A DNA stretch of 61,822 bases, taken from NCBI GenBank assembly GCA_019744885.1, contig JAIETY010000012.1, positions 1 through 61,822 on the forward strand, read 5' to 3'. This document shows, one piece after another, positions 38,195-50,711 of the stretch. Origin of the DNA: Sphingomonas sp. (lineage in GTDB: Bacteria > Pseudomonadota > Alphaproteobacteria > Sphingomonadales > Sphingomonadaceae). Numbering within the stretch: position 1 is the stretch's first letter; each line of letters begins with the position of its first letter. The notes under the pieces were generated by a model. It did no database searches, was not told where the DNA came from, and saw only the letters and a program-made list of their open reading frames with translations. The position numbers and the translations under genes are program-made.

Positions 38195-38929
38195 CTATTT
38201 CTTCCCGAACCCCGCCAGCCGCGCCTTCACATCCGGGCCGACCCCTTCGGTCTCCATGATTTCCCATTGCAGCCCGGCATCGAGCGGGTCCATGTCGGTC
38301 GCCTCGATCAGCCGCTTGTTGGCCGCGTGGCTGAAAGACGAATTGGCGAGGATGCGCCGCCCGAACGCCGCGACCTCGGCAAAGAAGCTCGCGTCAGGAA
38401 ACACCGCCTCGCACAGCCGCATCCTCAGCGCTTCATCGGCGCCCACCGTTTCCGCCGTGAACATCAGCCGCTTGGCGGTCGCGACCCCAACGCGGCGGGG
38501 CAGGCGCTGACTCATGCCCCAGATCGGCGTGAAGGCCCATTTGGCATGGGTGTCGGCAAAGCGCGCCGTGTCGCTCGCCAGGATGAAATCGGCGGCCAGC
38601 GCCACCTCCAGCCCGCCGGTATAGCAATGGCCGTGTACCGCCGCGATCACCGGCTGGGGCAGCTTTTCCATCAGCCGCAGTGTTTCGGAATGCCATCCGC
38701 GCGACGGCGGCTGCTCGCCCAAAATGTCGTTCAGATCATGCCCGGCGGAAAAGCATTTGCCCGCCCCGCGCAGCACGACGCAGCCGACCGTATTGTCCTT
38801 CTTCAGCGCCTCGACATGGCCGCGCAATTCGCGAAACAGCTCGACCGTCAGCGCATTCAACTTATCGGGCCGGTTGAGCGTCAGCCAGCACAGCCCGTCA
38901 TCGTCCTCGCGCGTCACCAGCATCGTCAT
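38195..38929 (-). CDS. Enoyl-CoA hydratase/isomerase
   Basis: LNRPDKLNAL, FSAGHD, GGLEVALAADF. Confidence 0.9.
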   Translation of the reverse strand: MTMLVTREDDDGLCWLTLNRPDKLNALTVELFRELRGHVEALKKDNTVGCVVLRGAGKCFSAGHDLNDILGEQPPSRGWHSETLRLMEKLPQPVIAAVHGHCYTGGLEVALAADFILASDTARFADTHAKWAFTPIWGMSQRLPRRVGVATAKRLMFTAETVGADEALRMRLCEAVFPDASFFAEVAAFGRRILANSSFSHAANKRLIEATDMDPLDAGLQWEIMETEGVGPDVKARLAGFGKK

Positions 38930-38954
38930 AACGTTTCCTCCGCTCGCCACTCAA

Positions 38955-40106
38955 TCAAAGACTGCGCGCGATAACCTCCTTCATCACCTCGTTCGATCCG
39001 CCATAAATGGTCTGCACCCGCGCATCGACATAGGCATCGGCGATCGGGCTCTCCATGATATAGCCATAGCCGCCAAACAGTTGCAGGCACTCGGCGACCA
39101 CCTCGTTCTGCATATTGGCCAGCCACAATTTGCCGATCGCCGCCGTCACCGCATCGAGATCGCCCGCGTGCAGTTGTGCGATGCAGTGATCGAGAAACAC
39201 CCGCCCGATCGTCGCGATCGTCTTGACCTCGGCGAGCTTGAAGCGCGTGTTCTGCATCTCGATCAGCTTCTGCGAAAACAGCTCGCGGTCGCGGCAATGC
39301 GTGATCGTCATCTCCAGCGCCGCCTCGATCGCCGCCTGCGCGCGGACCATGATCATCGTGCGTTCATAGGGCAGATCGGCCATCAGCTGGAAAAAGCCCT
39401 TGCCCTCCTCGGTGCCGAGTAGCTGCGATTGCGGCACCCGCGCGCCATCAAAGAACAGCTCGGCCGCTTCCTGCCCCTTCATCCCCATCTTGTTGAGCAG
39501 CTTGCCGACCGCGAAACCCGGCAGATCCTTGGTCTCGACCAGAATGATCGACATGCCCTTGGCACGCAGGCTGGGATCGGTCTTGCACACCAGCCCGACC
39601 AGATCGGCGCTATAGCCATTGGTGATGAAGGTCTTGCTGCCGGTGATGACATAGTCATCGCCATCCTTGATCGCGCGGGTCTGGATCGATTGCAGGTCCG
39701 ATCCCGCCGCTGGCTCGGTCATCGCGATTGCGCCGATCATCTCGCCGCGCGCCATCGCGGGCAGATAGCGCTGCTTCTGATCCTCGGTGCCGTGGCGGGC
39801 GATGTAATTGGCGAGGATGCTGTGGACGGCGCGGCCCCAGGAGGTACTGTTGGCCTTGGTCAGCTCCTCCGACAGCACCACTTCATAGCGGAAGTCGGCG
39901 CCCATCCCGCCATAAGCCTCGGGGATATCGGTACAGAGAAACCCCGCCTCCCCGGCCAGCCGCCAGAAATCGCGGTCGACATGTTTTTGCGCGCGCCAGC
40001 GTTGCTCGTTGGGCGTCACCTCGCGCTCGATGAAGCGCAACAGCGAATCGCGGAACAGGTCGAGTTCTTGGTCGCGCCAGGGTGATCGATAATCCGCCAT
40101 CGTCAT
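38955..40106 (-). CDS. Acyl-CoA dehydrogenase (long-chain-like)
   Basis: AMTEPAAGSD, GSKTFITNG, QLFGGYGY, IYGGSNEVMK. Confidence 0.92.
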   Translation of the reverse strand: MTMADYRSPWRDQELDLFRDSLLRFIEREVTPNEQRWRAQKHVDRDFWRLAGEAGFLCTDIPEAYGGMGADFRYEVVLSEELTKANSTSWGRAVHSILANYIARHGTEDQKQRYLPAMARGEMIGAIAMTEPAAGSDLQSIQTRAIKDGDDYVITGSKTFITNGYSADLVGLVCKTDPSLRAKGMSIILVETKDLPGFAVGKLLNKMGMKGQEAAELFFDGARVPQSQLLGTEEGKGFFQLMADLPYERTMIMVRAQAAIEAALEMTITHCRDRELFSQKLIEMQNTRFKLAEVKTIATIGRVFLDHCIAQLHAGDLDAVTAAIGKLWLANMQNEVVAECLQLFGGYGYIMESPIADAYVDARVQTIYGGSNEVMKEVIARSL

Positions 40107-40129
40107 TCACGCTTTCTATTGGAAGCAGC

Positions 40130-42296
<2,167 letters not shown>

Positions 42297-42334
42297 TGTC
42301 TCTCCCTTACACCCGTCGCGCCCTTCAGGCCCGA

Positions 42335-44152
42335 TCAGTAACCCGAACGCCCCGCCATGATCTCGGCAAATCGCGCGGCGTCTACCGGTAGGTAGCGCCG
42401 CGTCTTCGGATCGAGCATGAACAGCGGCTCAGTGACCTTGGCGGGGTCATAGCCCTCCTCGACCACGCGGGTTTTGACGATCTTGTGCGTGCCGGTCAGC
42501 TCCAGCCCCGCGCTCACCCGGATGAAGACGGGCCGCGCGTAATGCGGCAGTGCCCCCTCGACATAATCAGCGAAGCGATCGAGATCGAGCGGCCCCGCGT
42601 CTGCCGCCAGCGCCACCGCCGCCATCCCGGCCTTGCCGTCGGTCCCCGGCACCGCAACGCCATAGACACACGCGATCTCGATCTGGTCGAACTGGCACAG
42701 GATTTCGGCGACCTCGTTAGTCGACACATTCTCCGCCTTCCAGCGATAGGTATCGCCCAGCCGGTCGACAAACTGGTAGTGCGGAATGTCGAAAACGAAG
42801 CCGACATCGACCTGTTTGAGCAGATCGCCGCTGTTGAACCAGCAATCGCCCTTCTCAAAAGCATCGCGGATCAGCTTGGTTTCCGACTGTTCCTTGTTCT
42901 TATACCCGTCGAAGGAAGTCGCGCTGGTCGGGCTAACCTCGAACAGCAGCAACCCCGGCTCGCCTGGCGGCACCAGTTTCAAGAAGCCGTCCGCGCCCCG
43001 CACTGCCGTGGCATCCTCAGTCGAATAGTCCACAAGGCGGCACGTCGCGCCGGTCATCCCGATCGTCTCGTCCTTGTTGAAGACGTTCATGAAGCCGCCA
43101 TTGGCCTCGCTCGCGCCCCAGAATTCGGTGATCCGCCGCAGACCAAAGCGCTTCTTGAAGGGCTTCCAGATATCGGGGCGCAGCCCATTGCCAACAGCGC
43201 GCGTAATCCGCGTCTTGCGATCGAGCGGGTCCTCGGGCGTGCTCAGCAGGTAGCGGCAAAGCTCGCCGATATAGACGAGGATGTTGCAGTGATATTCATT
43301 GGCCTCGCGGATCAGCGCCGATGCCGAGAATTTGGGCCGCAGGAACATCGAGCAGCCGGCAAAGATGCAGCCGCCCCAGCCGACCATCAGGCCAGTGCCG
43401 TGATAGAGCGGCAGGCAGTTATAAACCCGGTCGTGCGGGCGCGCGCGCAGGCCGAACACCGCATTGCCCGCCGCGCCATAATAGAATTTCTGATGGGTAA
43501 TGATCGTGGCCTTGGGCAGGCCGGTGGTGCCCGAGGTGAAGATGTAGAGTGCCCAATCGCGCCCCAGCACCGGCTCGCAGACGGGAAGGGCATCAGAAGC
43601 CGCTGTGAGCAGCTTGTCGCCGTCCGCGAACCAATCCGGGTCCTCTACCTGCCCCGCACCAAAGTGGATAACCTCTGCGCCTTCTGGGACGGCTTTTCGA
43701 TAGTCTTCGGCGCAGGCGGCGATTGCAGCGCGGGCCCGACCATCGACCAAGCTGACCCGCGCTTCAATCTGCCCGACGCAGTGGATCAGCGGTGTGCCGA
43801 CCAAATTGGTGTTGATCAGCCCAACGACGGCACCGATGCGGCTGATACCGACTACGCACGCGAGGAACAGCACGCTGTTGTCCATGTTGAGCGCGACCGC
43901 ATCGCCCTTGGTCACGCCACGCGCCAGCAGCAGGTTGGATACCCGGTTGGCAAGCCTCTGAAACTCGCGCCAGGTCGTTTGGCTATCCTGCGTGACGAGC
44001 GAGACCGCATCGGGCCGGATCGCGACCTGCGCATCGATCAGCGAGGCAATGGTCGCTGGATCGTCGGGGCCGACGGTCGGCACGCGGTCGCGATTGGCCT
44101 GGACATAGTGCATCTCGCGTTCGGCGGCGCGTTTACCCCTGGGCTCCGTCAT
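42335..44152 (-). CDS. FATP/VLACS-type long-chain acyl-CoA synthetase
   Basis: YIFTSGTTGLPKA, YIGELCRYL, GNGLRP, DRLGDTYRWKAENVST. Confidence 0.92.
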   Translation of the reverse strand: MTEPRGKRAAEREMHYVQANRDRVPTVGPDDPATIASLIDAQVAIRPDAVSLVTQDSQTTWREFQRLANRVSNLLLARGVTKGDAVALNMDNSVLFLACVVGISRIGAVVGLINTNLVGTPLIHCVGQIEARVSLVDGRARAAIAACAEDYRKAVPEGAEVIHFGAGQVEDPDWFADGDKLLTAASDALPVCEPVLGRDWALYIFTSGTTGLPKATIITHQKFYYGAAGNAVFGLRARPHDRVYNCLPLYHGTGLMVGWGGCIFAGCSMFLRPKFSASALIREANEYHCNILVYIGELCRYLLSTPEDPLDRKTRITRAVGNGLRPDIWKPFKKRFGLRRITEFWGASEANGGFMNVFNKDETIGMTGATCRLVDYSTEDATAVRGADGFLKLVPPGEPGLLLFEVSPTSATSFDGYKNKEQSETKLIRDAFEKGDCWFNSGDLLKQVDVGFVFDIPHYQFVDRLGDTYRWKAENVSTNEVAEILCQFDQIEIACVYGVAVPGTDGKAGMAAVALAADAGPLDLDRFADYVEGALPHYARPVFIRVSAGLELTGTHKIVKTRVVEEGYDPAKVTEPLFMLDPKTRRYLPVDAARFAEIMAGRSGY

Positions 44153-44194
44153 CCCCGATCTCCGACTTTAGATGGCCGCCTTACTGGCATGAAC

Positions 44195-45100
44195 TTATCC
44201 AGCCCGGCTGAGATTGGCGATGACCGGGACTGACGCCTCGCGCACCGTCGCCGGGTGGCCGGTCTCGTCGAAGCTGCACAGCTGTTCCCAGGCGTCGTCA
44301 ACGGTCTCGGCAGTGATTTCGGTGGCAGGATCGAACGACACGCCGCGCGTTCGTTCCCAGCGCAGCTTTGCCATCCACCCTGCCGCGAGTTCGAATAGCG
44401 ATCCACTCTCGCGGTTATGTTCGGCGCACAGCCGCACCACCAGGGGCGTCACATATTCGGGCTTCAGCGCCTCAACCATTTCGGGAGCCGAAATCGTCTC
44501 CAGCAGACGCGACCCCGCGATCGGCGCAATGGCGTTGACGGTGATCTTCTTGGCCGCCCCCTCGATCGCCAGCGTCTTGGTAAAGCCGACGAGCCCAAGC
44601 TTGACCGCCGAATAATTGGCCTGCCCAAAATTGCCGTAAATGCCCGCTGCCGAGGCGGTGTTGACGATGCGGCCGTAAGTCTGCGCCTGCATATGCGTCC
44701 AGGCCGCCTTGGTGACCTTGAACGCGCCGAAGAGATGGACTCGGTAAACCCGCTCCCAATCGTCGTCGGTCATCTTCTTGAAGCTCAGGTCGCGCAGCAC
44801 GCCGGCATTGTTGATCAGCACATCAACCCGGCCAAAGGCGGCGATAGCGGTGTCGATGATCCGGTCGCCCTGTTCGACCGAATCATAGCTGGCGACGGCC
44901 ATGCCGCCCATCGCCTCGATCTCGGCCACCACCAGATCGGCCGACGTCACGCTCTGCCCGCCGCCACGAATGTCCGCGCCCAGATCGTTCACTACCACCT
45001 TTGCGCCGCGCGCCGCGAATTCAAGCGCATAGGATCGCCCAAGCCCGCCACCCCCGCCAGTGATGACGACCACCCGGTCGTCGAAGCGTATCGCTGTCAT
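44195..45100 (-). CDS. SDR, MFE-2 dehydrogenase-domain-like
   Basis: TGGGGGLG, NNAGVLRD, GNFGQANYSAVK, KLRWER. Confidence 0.9.
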   Translation of the reverse strand: MTAIRFDDRVVVITGGGGGLGRSYALEFAARGAKVVVNDLGADIRGGGQSVTSADLVVAEIEAMGGMAVASYDSVEQGDRIIDTAIAAFGRVDVLINNAGVLRDLSFKKMTDDDWERVYRVHLFGAFKVTKAAWTHMQAQTYGRIVNTASAAGIYGNFGQANYSAVKLGLVGFTKTLAIEGAAKKITVNAIAPIAGSRLLETISAPEMVEALKPEYVTPLVVRLCAEHNRESGSLFELAAGWMAKLRWERTRGVSFDPATEITAETVDDAWEQLCSFDETGHPATVREASVPVIANLSRAG

Positions 45101-45990
45101 GACCTGCCCCCCGTGCGCCCGATGACGAGTCCGTTCGCCACCGCCGCGTCGCCATCCTGATTGAGTACCCGGAAAAACACTTGCGTCTCGTCGCCCGACT
45201 GCCGCTGCGCCAGTATCTCGACAGTAATGCTGGTGTCGGCCAGCACCACTGCGCGCAACTGGCCGTAGAGCCGGGTGATCCGCGTTGGATCGCCATCGAA
45301 GCACTGCGCGATGATTACCGACATCGCAATCGACTTGGTCGCGCTGCCGTGCAGGATGATGTCCGGAAAGCCAGCGCGCACCGCAACGCGGCGATCGGTG
45401 TGGATCGGCGCGTAGATGCCCGAACCGGCGGTATAATGGTGCAGTGCGCGGCGGGGCACGAACAGCGCGATGCGGGCCTCGGGCTCGGTTGCTTCGGGCT
45501 GTTGCGGGCGCGGCGGCAGCGGGTCGAGGTCGATATCGCCCCCGCCTAGCGCGGCCCCGCGAATGATCAGGTTGAAATCGACCTCGGCGATCAGCGCACC
45601 GGCATCGTCGATCATGCGGTAGCGTTCGACATTATAGACGCCCGACCGTATCTGACGCCGCGCCACGACGCGTCCCTGCGTTGTGATCGCCTGCCCCAGC
45701 CGGAAGGGCTGATGGAACCGCAAATCGGTTTCGGCATGCACCGCGCCCAGCCAGGCCTCGGCCGATCCGCTCGCGGTGCTCACCCCCGGAAACCCTTGCG
45801 CGTTGAATTGCAGCACGAACGCGATGCCCGGATGGACCAGCGGCTCTTCCCCACCCAGCAGCGCATCGCCGACCTCGCCCAGCCCCGCCGTGAATCCCAG
45901 CACCCGCCGCGCATCGAGCAATTCGGTGCTGGCACGCGTGTACCGCCCGACTCCTGCCGAATCGATGACAAGGCGGCCGGGCTCACTCAA
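45097..45990 (-). CDS. MaoC-type double hot-dog protein with a divergent catalytic motif
   Basis: VHAE, YTAGSGIYAPIHTD, AGFPDIILHG; canonical D-x-N is replaced by I-Y-A. Confidence 0.8.
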   Translation of the reverse strand: MSEPGRLVIDSAGVGRYTRASTELLDARRVLGFTAGLGEVGDALLGGEEPLVHPGIAFVLQFNAQGFPGVSTASGSAEAWLGAVHAETDLRFHQPFRLGQAITTQGRVVARRQIRSGVYNVERYRMIDDAGALIAEVDFNLIIRGAALGGGDIDLDPLPPRPQQPEATEPEARIALFVPRRALHHYTAGSGIYAPIHTDRRVAVRAGFPDIILHGSATKSIAMSVIIAQCFDGDPTRITRLYGQLRAVVLADTSITVEILAQRQSGDETQVFFRVLNQDGDAAVANGLVIGRTGGRS

Positions 45991-48134
45991 GTGAAGCTCG
46001 CTCCCGCAGTCAGCTTCTCGGCGATGATCGCGGGCGCGCGGAACCGCTCACCATAGCGCTCTGCCAGTTCCGCACAGCGGTCGATGAAGCGCTGGAGGCC
46101 AAAGGTGTTGACGAACTGAATATAGCCCCCCGTCCAGGCCGGTGCGCCGATCCCCAGCAGCGATCCGATATTGCCCTCGGCCACCGAGTGCAGCACGCCT
46201 TCCTCCAGGCATTTCAGGCTTTCGATCACCGCGCTGAACAGCATCCGGTCCTTGATGTCGTCATCGCTGATCGTCAGGTCGGCGCGGTAATAACGGCTGA
46301 CCAGCTCAGGCCAGATGTGCTTGCCACCCGCATCATAATCATAATAGCCGCCGCCATAATGCCGCCCGCCGCGCCCTTGCGCCACCAGCTCACGGACGAG
46401 GGCGGTGGCCCCTGTGCGCGGATTGTCGCTTTCCTTGATCAGCCCCATTGCGAGCTGCGTCTCCTGCACCTCGACCGAAAGACGCTGGCTGATCTCGTCA
46501 TGCAGCGTCAACGGGCCGACCGGCATGCCGAATGCCTTGGCAAGATTGTCGACGCGGATCGGGTGCACCCCTTCCGCGACCAGCTCGATCCCTTCCCATA
46601 GCTGTGCGCCGATCGTGCGCGAGGTGAAGAAGCCGACCTTGTCGCTGACGACGATCGGCGTCTTCTTGATCTGCCGCACGAAATCAAAGGCCTTGGCGAG
46701 CGCTGCATCGCTGGTCGCCTCGCCCCGGATGATCTCGACCAGCGGCATCTTGTCCACCGGCGAAAAGAAATGCAGCCCGACGAAGCGCGACGGATCAGCG
46801 GCGGCGCTGGCCAAGATGCTGATCGGCAAGGTCGAGGTATTGCTCGCCCACACGCCGCCTTCCGTCAGCAGCCCTTCGGCCTCTTTCGTCACCTGATGCT
46901 TCAGCTCGAGCTTTTCGAACACCGCCTCGATGATCAGTTCGCACCCGGCCAGGTCTTCGGTGCGGTCGGTCGGCGTGATCAGATCGAGCACAGTCTGCCG
47001 CCGCGCATCATCGATCTTGGCCTTGGCGACCGCTTTTTCGAGCAGCGCCGCGCTATAGCCCTTGCCCCGCTCGGCGGCGGCAAGCGACACATCCTTCAGC
47101 ACCACCGCCACGCCAGCCATGGCCGCCGAATAAGCGATGCCCTGCCCCATCATCCCCGCACCAATCACGCCGATGCGGCTCACGGTGCTGCGCTCAAACC
47201 CCTTGGGACGGCTCACCCCCCGCCTGATCTCCCCCATCTGCAGGAAATTGGCGCTCATCATGTTCTTGCCGATCGGCGACACGATCAGCGTCACCAGCCC
47301 GCGCCCCTCGATCTTGAGTGCGGTGTCGATATCCAGCTTGAGTGATTCGACCGCGATATCGAAAATGAGCTGCTGGTTGGGCAGCAGGCCGCGCGTCTGC
47401 TCGAACAGCTTGAACGCAAATTGATGGACGAACCCGCGCACCACCGCGTTGTTGAGATCGCCACCGGGAATGACATAACCGGGCCGATCCCAGGGCTGGA
47501 TCGCCGCATCGGGGTTATCCTTGTTCGCCAAGATCCATGCCTTGGCGCGCGGGATCAGCGCATCGAGCGTGGGGGCGAGCTCGTCGATCAACCCCTCGGC
47601 ATGCGCCTGCGCGGCCGGTATGATCCGCCCTTCGAGCAGATAGGGCAGCGCCTTCTGGATACCGAATTTCTTGGTCATGCGCACGATGCCGCCACCCCCC
47701 GGCAACAGGCCGAGCGTCGCCTCGGGCAGGCCGATCAGCACCGACTTGTCGTCCCACGCCACCCGGTAGTTTGCCGCCAGCGTCAGCTCGTAACCGCCAC
47801 CAAGCGCAGCGCCGTTGATCGCGGCTGCGACCGGCACCTTCAACCGTTCCATCGCCCGGATCATCGTGCGCCCGCGCGCAATCCCCTCGGTAATCAGCTG
47901 ATTGAAGCCGCCCTTGGGCGCCGCCGACATGCTCTTCACGTCGCCGCCGGCAAAGAAGGTCGGCTTGGCCGAGGCCAGCACTACCCCCTTCACCGCCGCA
48001 TCCTGCGCGATCGTCGCAAAGGTTTCCGCCATGCCGGTCGTGAAGGCGTCGTTCATCACGTTCACCGCGCCGGGCATGTCGATCAGGATTGTGGCGATCC
48101 CGTCCTGGTCGGTGGTGTAGGGAAATGCCGTCAT
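45987..48134 (-). CDS. fadB: Fatty acid oxidation complex alpha subunit (enoyl-CoA hydratase + 3-hydroxyacyl-CoA dehydrogenase)
   Basis: FFAGGD, ALGGGYE, IGAGMMG, EAVFE, SNTST, HFFSPV. Confidence 0.92.
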   Translation of the reverse strand: MTAFPYTTDQDGIATILIDMPGAVNVMNDAFTTGMAETFATIAQDAAVKGVVLASAKPTFFAGGDVKSMSAAPKGGFNQLITEGIARGRTMIRAMERLKVPVAAAINGAALGGGYELTLAANYRVAWDDKSVLIGLPEATLGLLPGGGGIVRMTKKFGIQKALPYLLEGRIIPAAQAHAEGLIDELAPTLDALIPRAKAWILANKDNPDAAIQPWDRPGYVIPGGDLNNAVVRGFVHQFAFKLFEQTRGLLPNQQLIFDIAVESLKLDIDTALKIEGRGLVTLIVSPIGKNMMSANFLQMGEIRRGVSRPKGFERSTVSRIGVIGAGMMGQGIAYSAAMAGVAVVLKDVSLAAAERGKGYSAALLEKAVAKAKIDDARRQTVLDLITPTDRTEDLAGCELIIEAVFEKLELKHQVTKEAEGLLTEGGVWASNTSTLPISILASAAADPSRFVGLHFFSPVDKMPLVEIIRGEATSDAALAKAFDFVRQIKKTPIVVSDKVGFFTSRTIGAQLWEGIELVAEGVHPIRVDNLAKAFGMPVGPLTLHDEISQRLSVEVQETQLAMGLIKESDNPRTGATALVRELVAQGRGGRHYGGGYYDYDAGGKHIWPELVSRYYRADLTISDDDIKDRMLFSAVIESLKCLEEGVLHSVAEGNIGSLLGIGAPAWTGGYIQFVNTFGLQRFIDRCAELAERYGERFRAPAIIAEKLTAGASFT

Positions 48135-48156
48135 ATCACTGGGTCCAGCCTGGCCG

Positions 48157-49368
48157 TCACAGCCGCTCAATGATCGTCGAAATGCCCATGCCGCCGCCGA
48201 CGCACATCGACACCATGCCGCGCTTCAGCCCGCGTCGTTCGAGCTCGTCGAGCATCGTGCTCAGCAGCACCGCTCCGGTCGCGCCGAGCGGATGCCCCAT
48301 CGCAATCGCGCCGCCGTTCACGTTGGTTACCTCGGCATCGATGTCGAGATCGCGCATGTAGCGCATCGCCACCGACGAAAACGCCTCATTGATTTCCCAC
48401 AGATCGATATCGGCCTTGGTCATCCCCGCGACCTTCAGGCATTTCTCCGCCGAGGGGCCGGGGCCGGTGAGCATGATCGTCGGCTCGTTGGCGATGATGA
48501 CCCCGGCAACGATCCGCCCGCGCGGCTCCAGCCCCAGCGCCTGACCGATCTGCTCGGAGCCGATCAGCACCGTCGCCGCCCCATCGACGATACCGGAGGC
48601 ATTGCCCGCGTGATGGACATGGTTGATCCGGTCAAGCTGTGGATATTTCGACAGCGCGGTCGCATCCATCCCGTTGGTCGCGGCATAGGCAAAGGAGGGT
48701 TTGAGCCGGGTAAGCCCCTGCATGCTGGTATCGGGCTTGATGAAATCGTCGCGCTCCAGGATCGTCACGCCGTTGCGGTCCTTCACCGGCACGACCGATC
48801 GATCGAAATAGCCGCTGTCGCGCGCATGCGCCGCGCGGCGCTGCGATTCGACCGCAAAGGCATCGACATGCTCACGGTCCCAGCCCTCAATCGTCGCGAT
48901 CAGATCGGCACCCACGCCCTGCGGCGTCGCGGCCTGGCCCATCAGATACTCCGGATCGAACACGACGACACCGCCGTCGGAACCCATCGGCACGCGCGAC
49001 ATGCTCTCCACGCCGCCGGCGACGACCAGTTGCTCCCAGCCCGAAATGACCTTTTGCGCGGCGATGTTGACCGCCTCCAGCCCGGAGGCGCAGAAGCGGT
49101 TGAGCTGGACCCCGGCGACGCTGTCGTCCCACCCGGCATATTGCACCGCGCATTTGGCGATGTTGGTACCCTGGTCCTTCACCGGCGTGACGCAACCCAG
49201 GATCACGTCGTCGACACAGGCCGTGTCGAAATCATGCCGTGCCTGCAATTCGTTGAGCAGCCCGGCCGCCAGCGCGATCGGCTTCACCTCATGCAACGCG
49301 CCATCGGCCTTGCCCTTGCTGCGCGGCGTCCGGATCGCGTCATAGACAAAAGCGTGGCTCGACATCAT
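48157..49368 (-). CDS. fadA: 3-ketoacyl-CoA thiolase
   Basis: NRFCASG, NEAF, GHPLGATG, CVGGG. Confidence 0.92.
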   Translation of the reverse strand: MMSSHAFVYDAIRTPRSKGKADGALHEVKPIALAAGLLNELQARHDFDTACVDDVILGCVTPVKDQGTNIAKCAVQYAGWDDSVAGVQLNRFCASGLEAVNIAAQKVISGWEQLVVAGGVESMSRVPMGSDGGVVVFDPEYLMGQAATPQGVGADLIATIEGWDREHVDAFAVESQRRAAHARDSGYFDRSVVPVKDRNGVTILERDDFIKPDTSMQGLTRLKPSFAYAATNGMDATALSKYPQLDRINHVHHAGNASGIVDGAATVLIGSEQIGQALGLEPRGRIVAGVIIANEPTIMLTGPGPSAEKCLKVAGMTKADIDLWEINEAFSSVAMRYMRDLDIDAEVTNVNGGAIAMGHPLGATGAVLLSTMLDELERRGLKRGMVSMCVGGGMGISTIIERL

Positions 49369-49441
49369 GGTCCTCGCGGGGCCGACCGACGGGCGGCATG
49401 AACAGACCATTGGGGTAGCAGCCCCACACCGTGGCGTGGCT

Positions 49442-49477
49442 GGCAAACCGCGCCAATGATGCCGGGATTTCGTGCCG
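49442..49477 (-). promoter_or_regulatory. Bipartite 22-bp-period motif, copy C
   Basis: CGGCACGAAATCCC-N8-TGGCGCGGTTTGCC upstream of fadA. Confidence 0.6.
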
Positions 49478-49490
49478 CTACGTCGTGCTG

Positions 49491-50696
49491 CTACAGGGCC
49501 GTCGGAATCGCGCTGAACGCCATGCCCTTGTCCACCCGCGGCTCTGGCGGCAGGCCCAGCACGCGCTCGCCGATGATGTTGCGCAACACCTCGTCGCTGC
49601 CGCCTTCGATGCGGTTGCCGATTACGCGCAGAAAGGCGAAGTGCAGCCCCATATCCTGCCCGCTCGCCAATGCACCGCTGCCCATGTCGAGCAGGTCGAG
49701 CAGGTCGGACAGATATTGCTGGCGTTGCGCGGCCAGCATCAGCTTGCCCGCCGATGCTTCCGGCCCCGGCATCTTGCCTTGCGAAATCGCCGATTGCAGG
49801 CGCAAGCTGAAATTCTTCAGCCCCCGGTGCCAGACATACCAGTCAGCGAGCAGGCCGCGCACCGCCCCGTCGTCGATCGCCCTGCCATCACCGCGCGGGG
49901 TTTCGCGCGCGATGCGCCAGACATCGTCGAAATTGGTTGGGAACACACTGGAAATCGCCGCCCGCTCGTTCATCAGCGTCGTCAGCGCGACCCGCCAGCC
50001 ATCGCCTTCGTCGCCGACCCGATTGGCGTCGGGAATGCGGACATTGTCGAGAAACACCTCGTTGAAATCGCTGCCGCCCGACGCCTGCTTGATCGGCCGC
50101 ACCTCGACCCCCGGCGATTTCATGTCGAGCAGGAAGTAAGTCAGCCCCTTGTGCTTGGGGACGGTCGGGTCGCTGCGCGTGACCAGGATCGCCCAGTCAG
50201 CGAAATGGGCATAGCTGGTCCACACCTTTTGCCCGTTGACCACCCAATCGTCACCATCGCGCACCGCGCGGGTCTTGATGCCGGCGAGGTCCGATCCGGC
50301 GACGGGTTCGCTGAACAATTGGCACCAGATTTCCTCTCCGCGCGCGATCCGCATCAGGTGGCGATCCTTTTGCTCCTGCGTCCCGCAATGGATGATGGTC
50401 GCTGCCGCCATGCCGATCGTGATGCTGTTGGCAACGGACAGGATGCTGATCCCGGCGGCTTCTTCTTCCTGCGAGAAGATCACATTCTGAATGGGCGTCG
50501 CGTCCTGCCCGCCATATTGCTTGGGCCAGTGCAGGCAGCCCCAGCCCGCCGCCTGTTTGATCCTCTGCCACTCACGGATGGTGTCAAACCCGTCGCGGAC
50601 GCGGGGAAAGTTGCGAAAATCGAACTTGTTCGCAGCGATCCAGTCGCGCGCTTTGGCGCGGTAGGCGGCTTCCTCGGGCGTGTCGTCGAAGTTCAT
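49491..50696 (-). CDS. Acyl-CoA dehydrogenase, catalytic subunit of a hetero-pair
   Basis: WCQLFSEPVAGSD, FNEVF, IEGGSDEVLRN. Confidence 0.9.
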   Translation of the reverse strand: MNFDDTPEEAAYRAKARDWIAANKFDFRNFPRVRDGFDTIREWQRIKQAAGWGCLHWPKQYGGQDATPIQNVIFSQEEEAAGISILSVANSITIGMAAATIIHCGTQEQKDRHLMRIARGEEIWCQLFSEPVAGSDLAGIKTRAVRDGDDWVVNGQKVWTSYAHFADWAILVTRSDPTVPKHKGLTYFLLDMKSPGVEVRPIKQASGGSDFNEVFLDNVRIPDANRVGDEGDGWRVALTTLMNERAAISSVFPTNFDDVWRIARETPRGDGRAIDDGAVRGLLADWYVWHRGLKNFSLRLQSAISQGKMPGPEASAGKLMLAAQRQQYLSDLLDLLDMGSGALASGQDMGLHFAFLRVIGNRIEGGSDEVLRNIIGERVLGLPPEPRVDKGMAFSAIPTAL

Positions 50697-50711
50697 TGTG
50701 AATCCCTTCCC

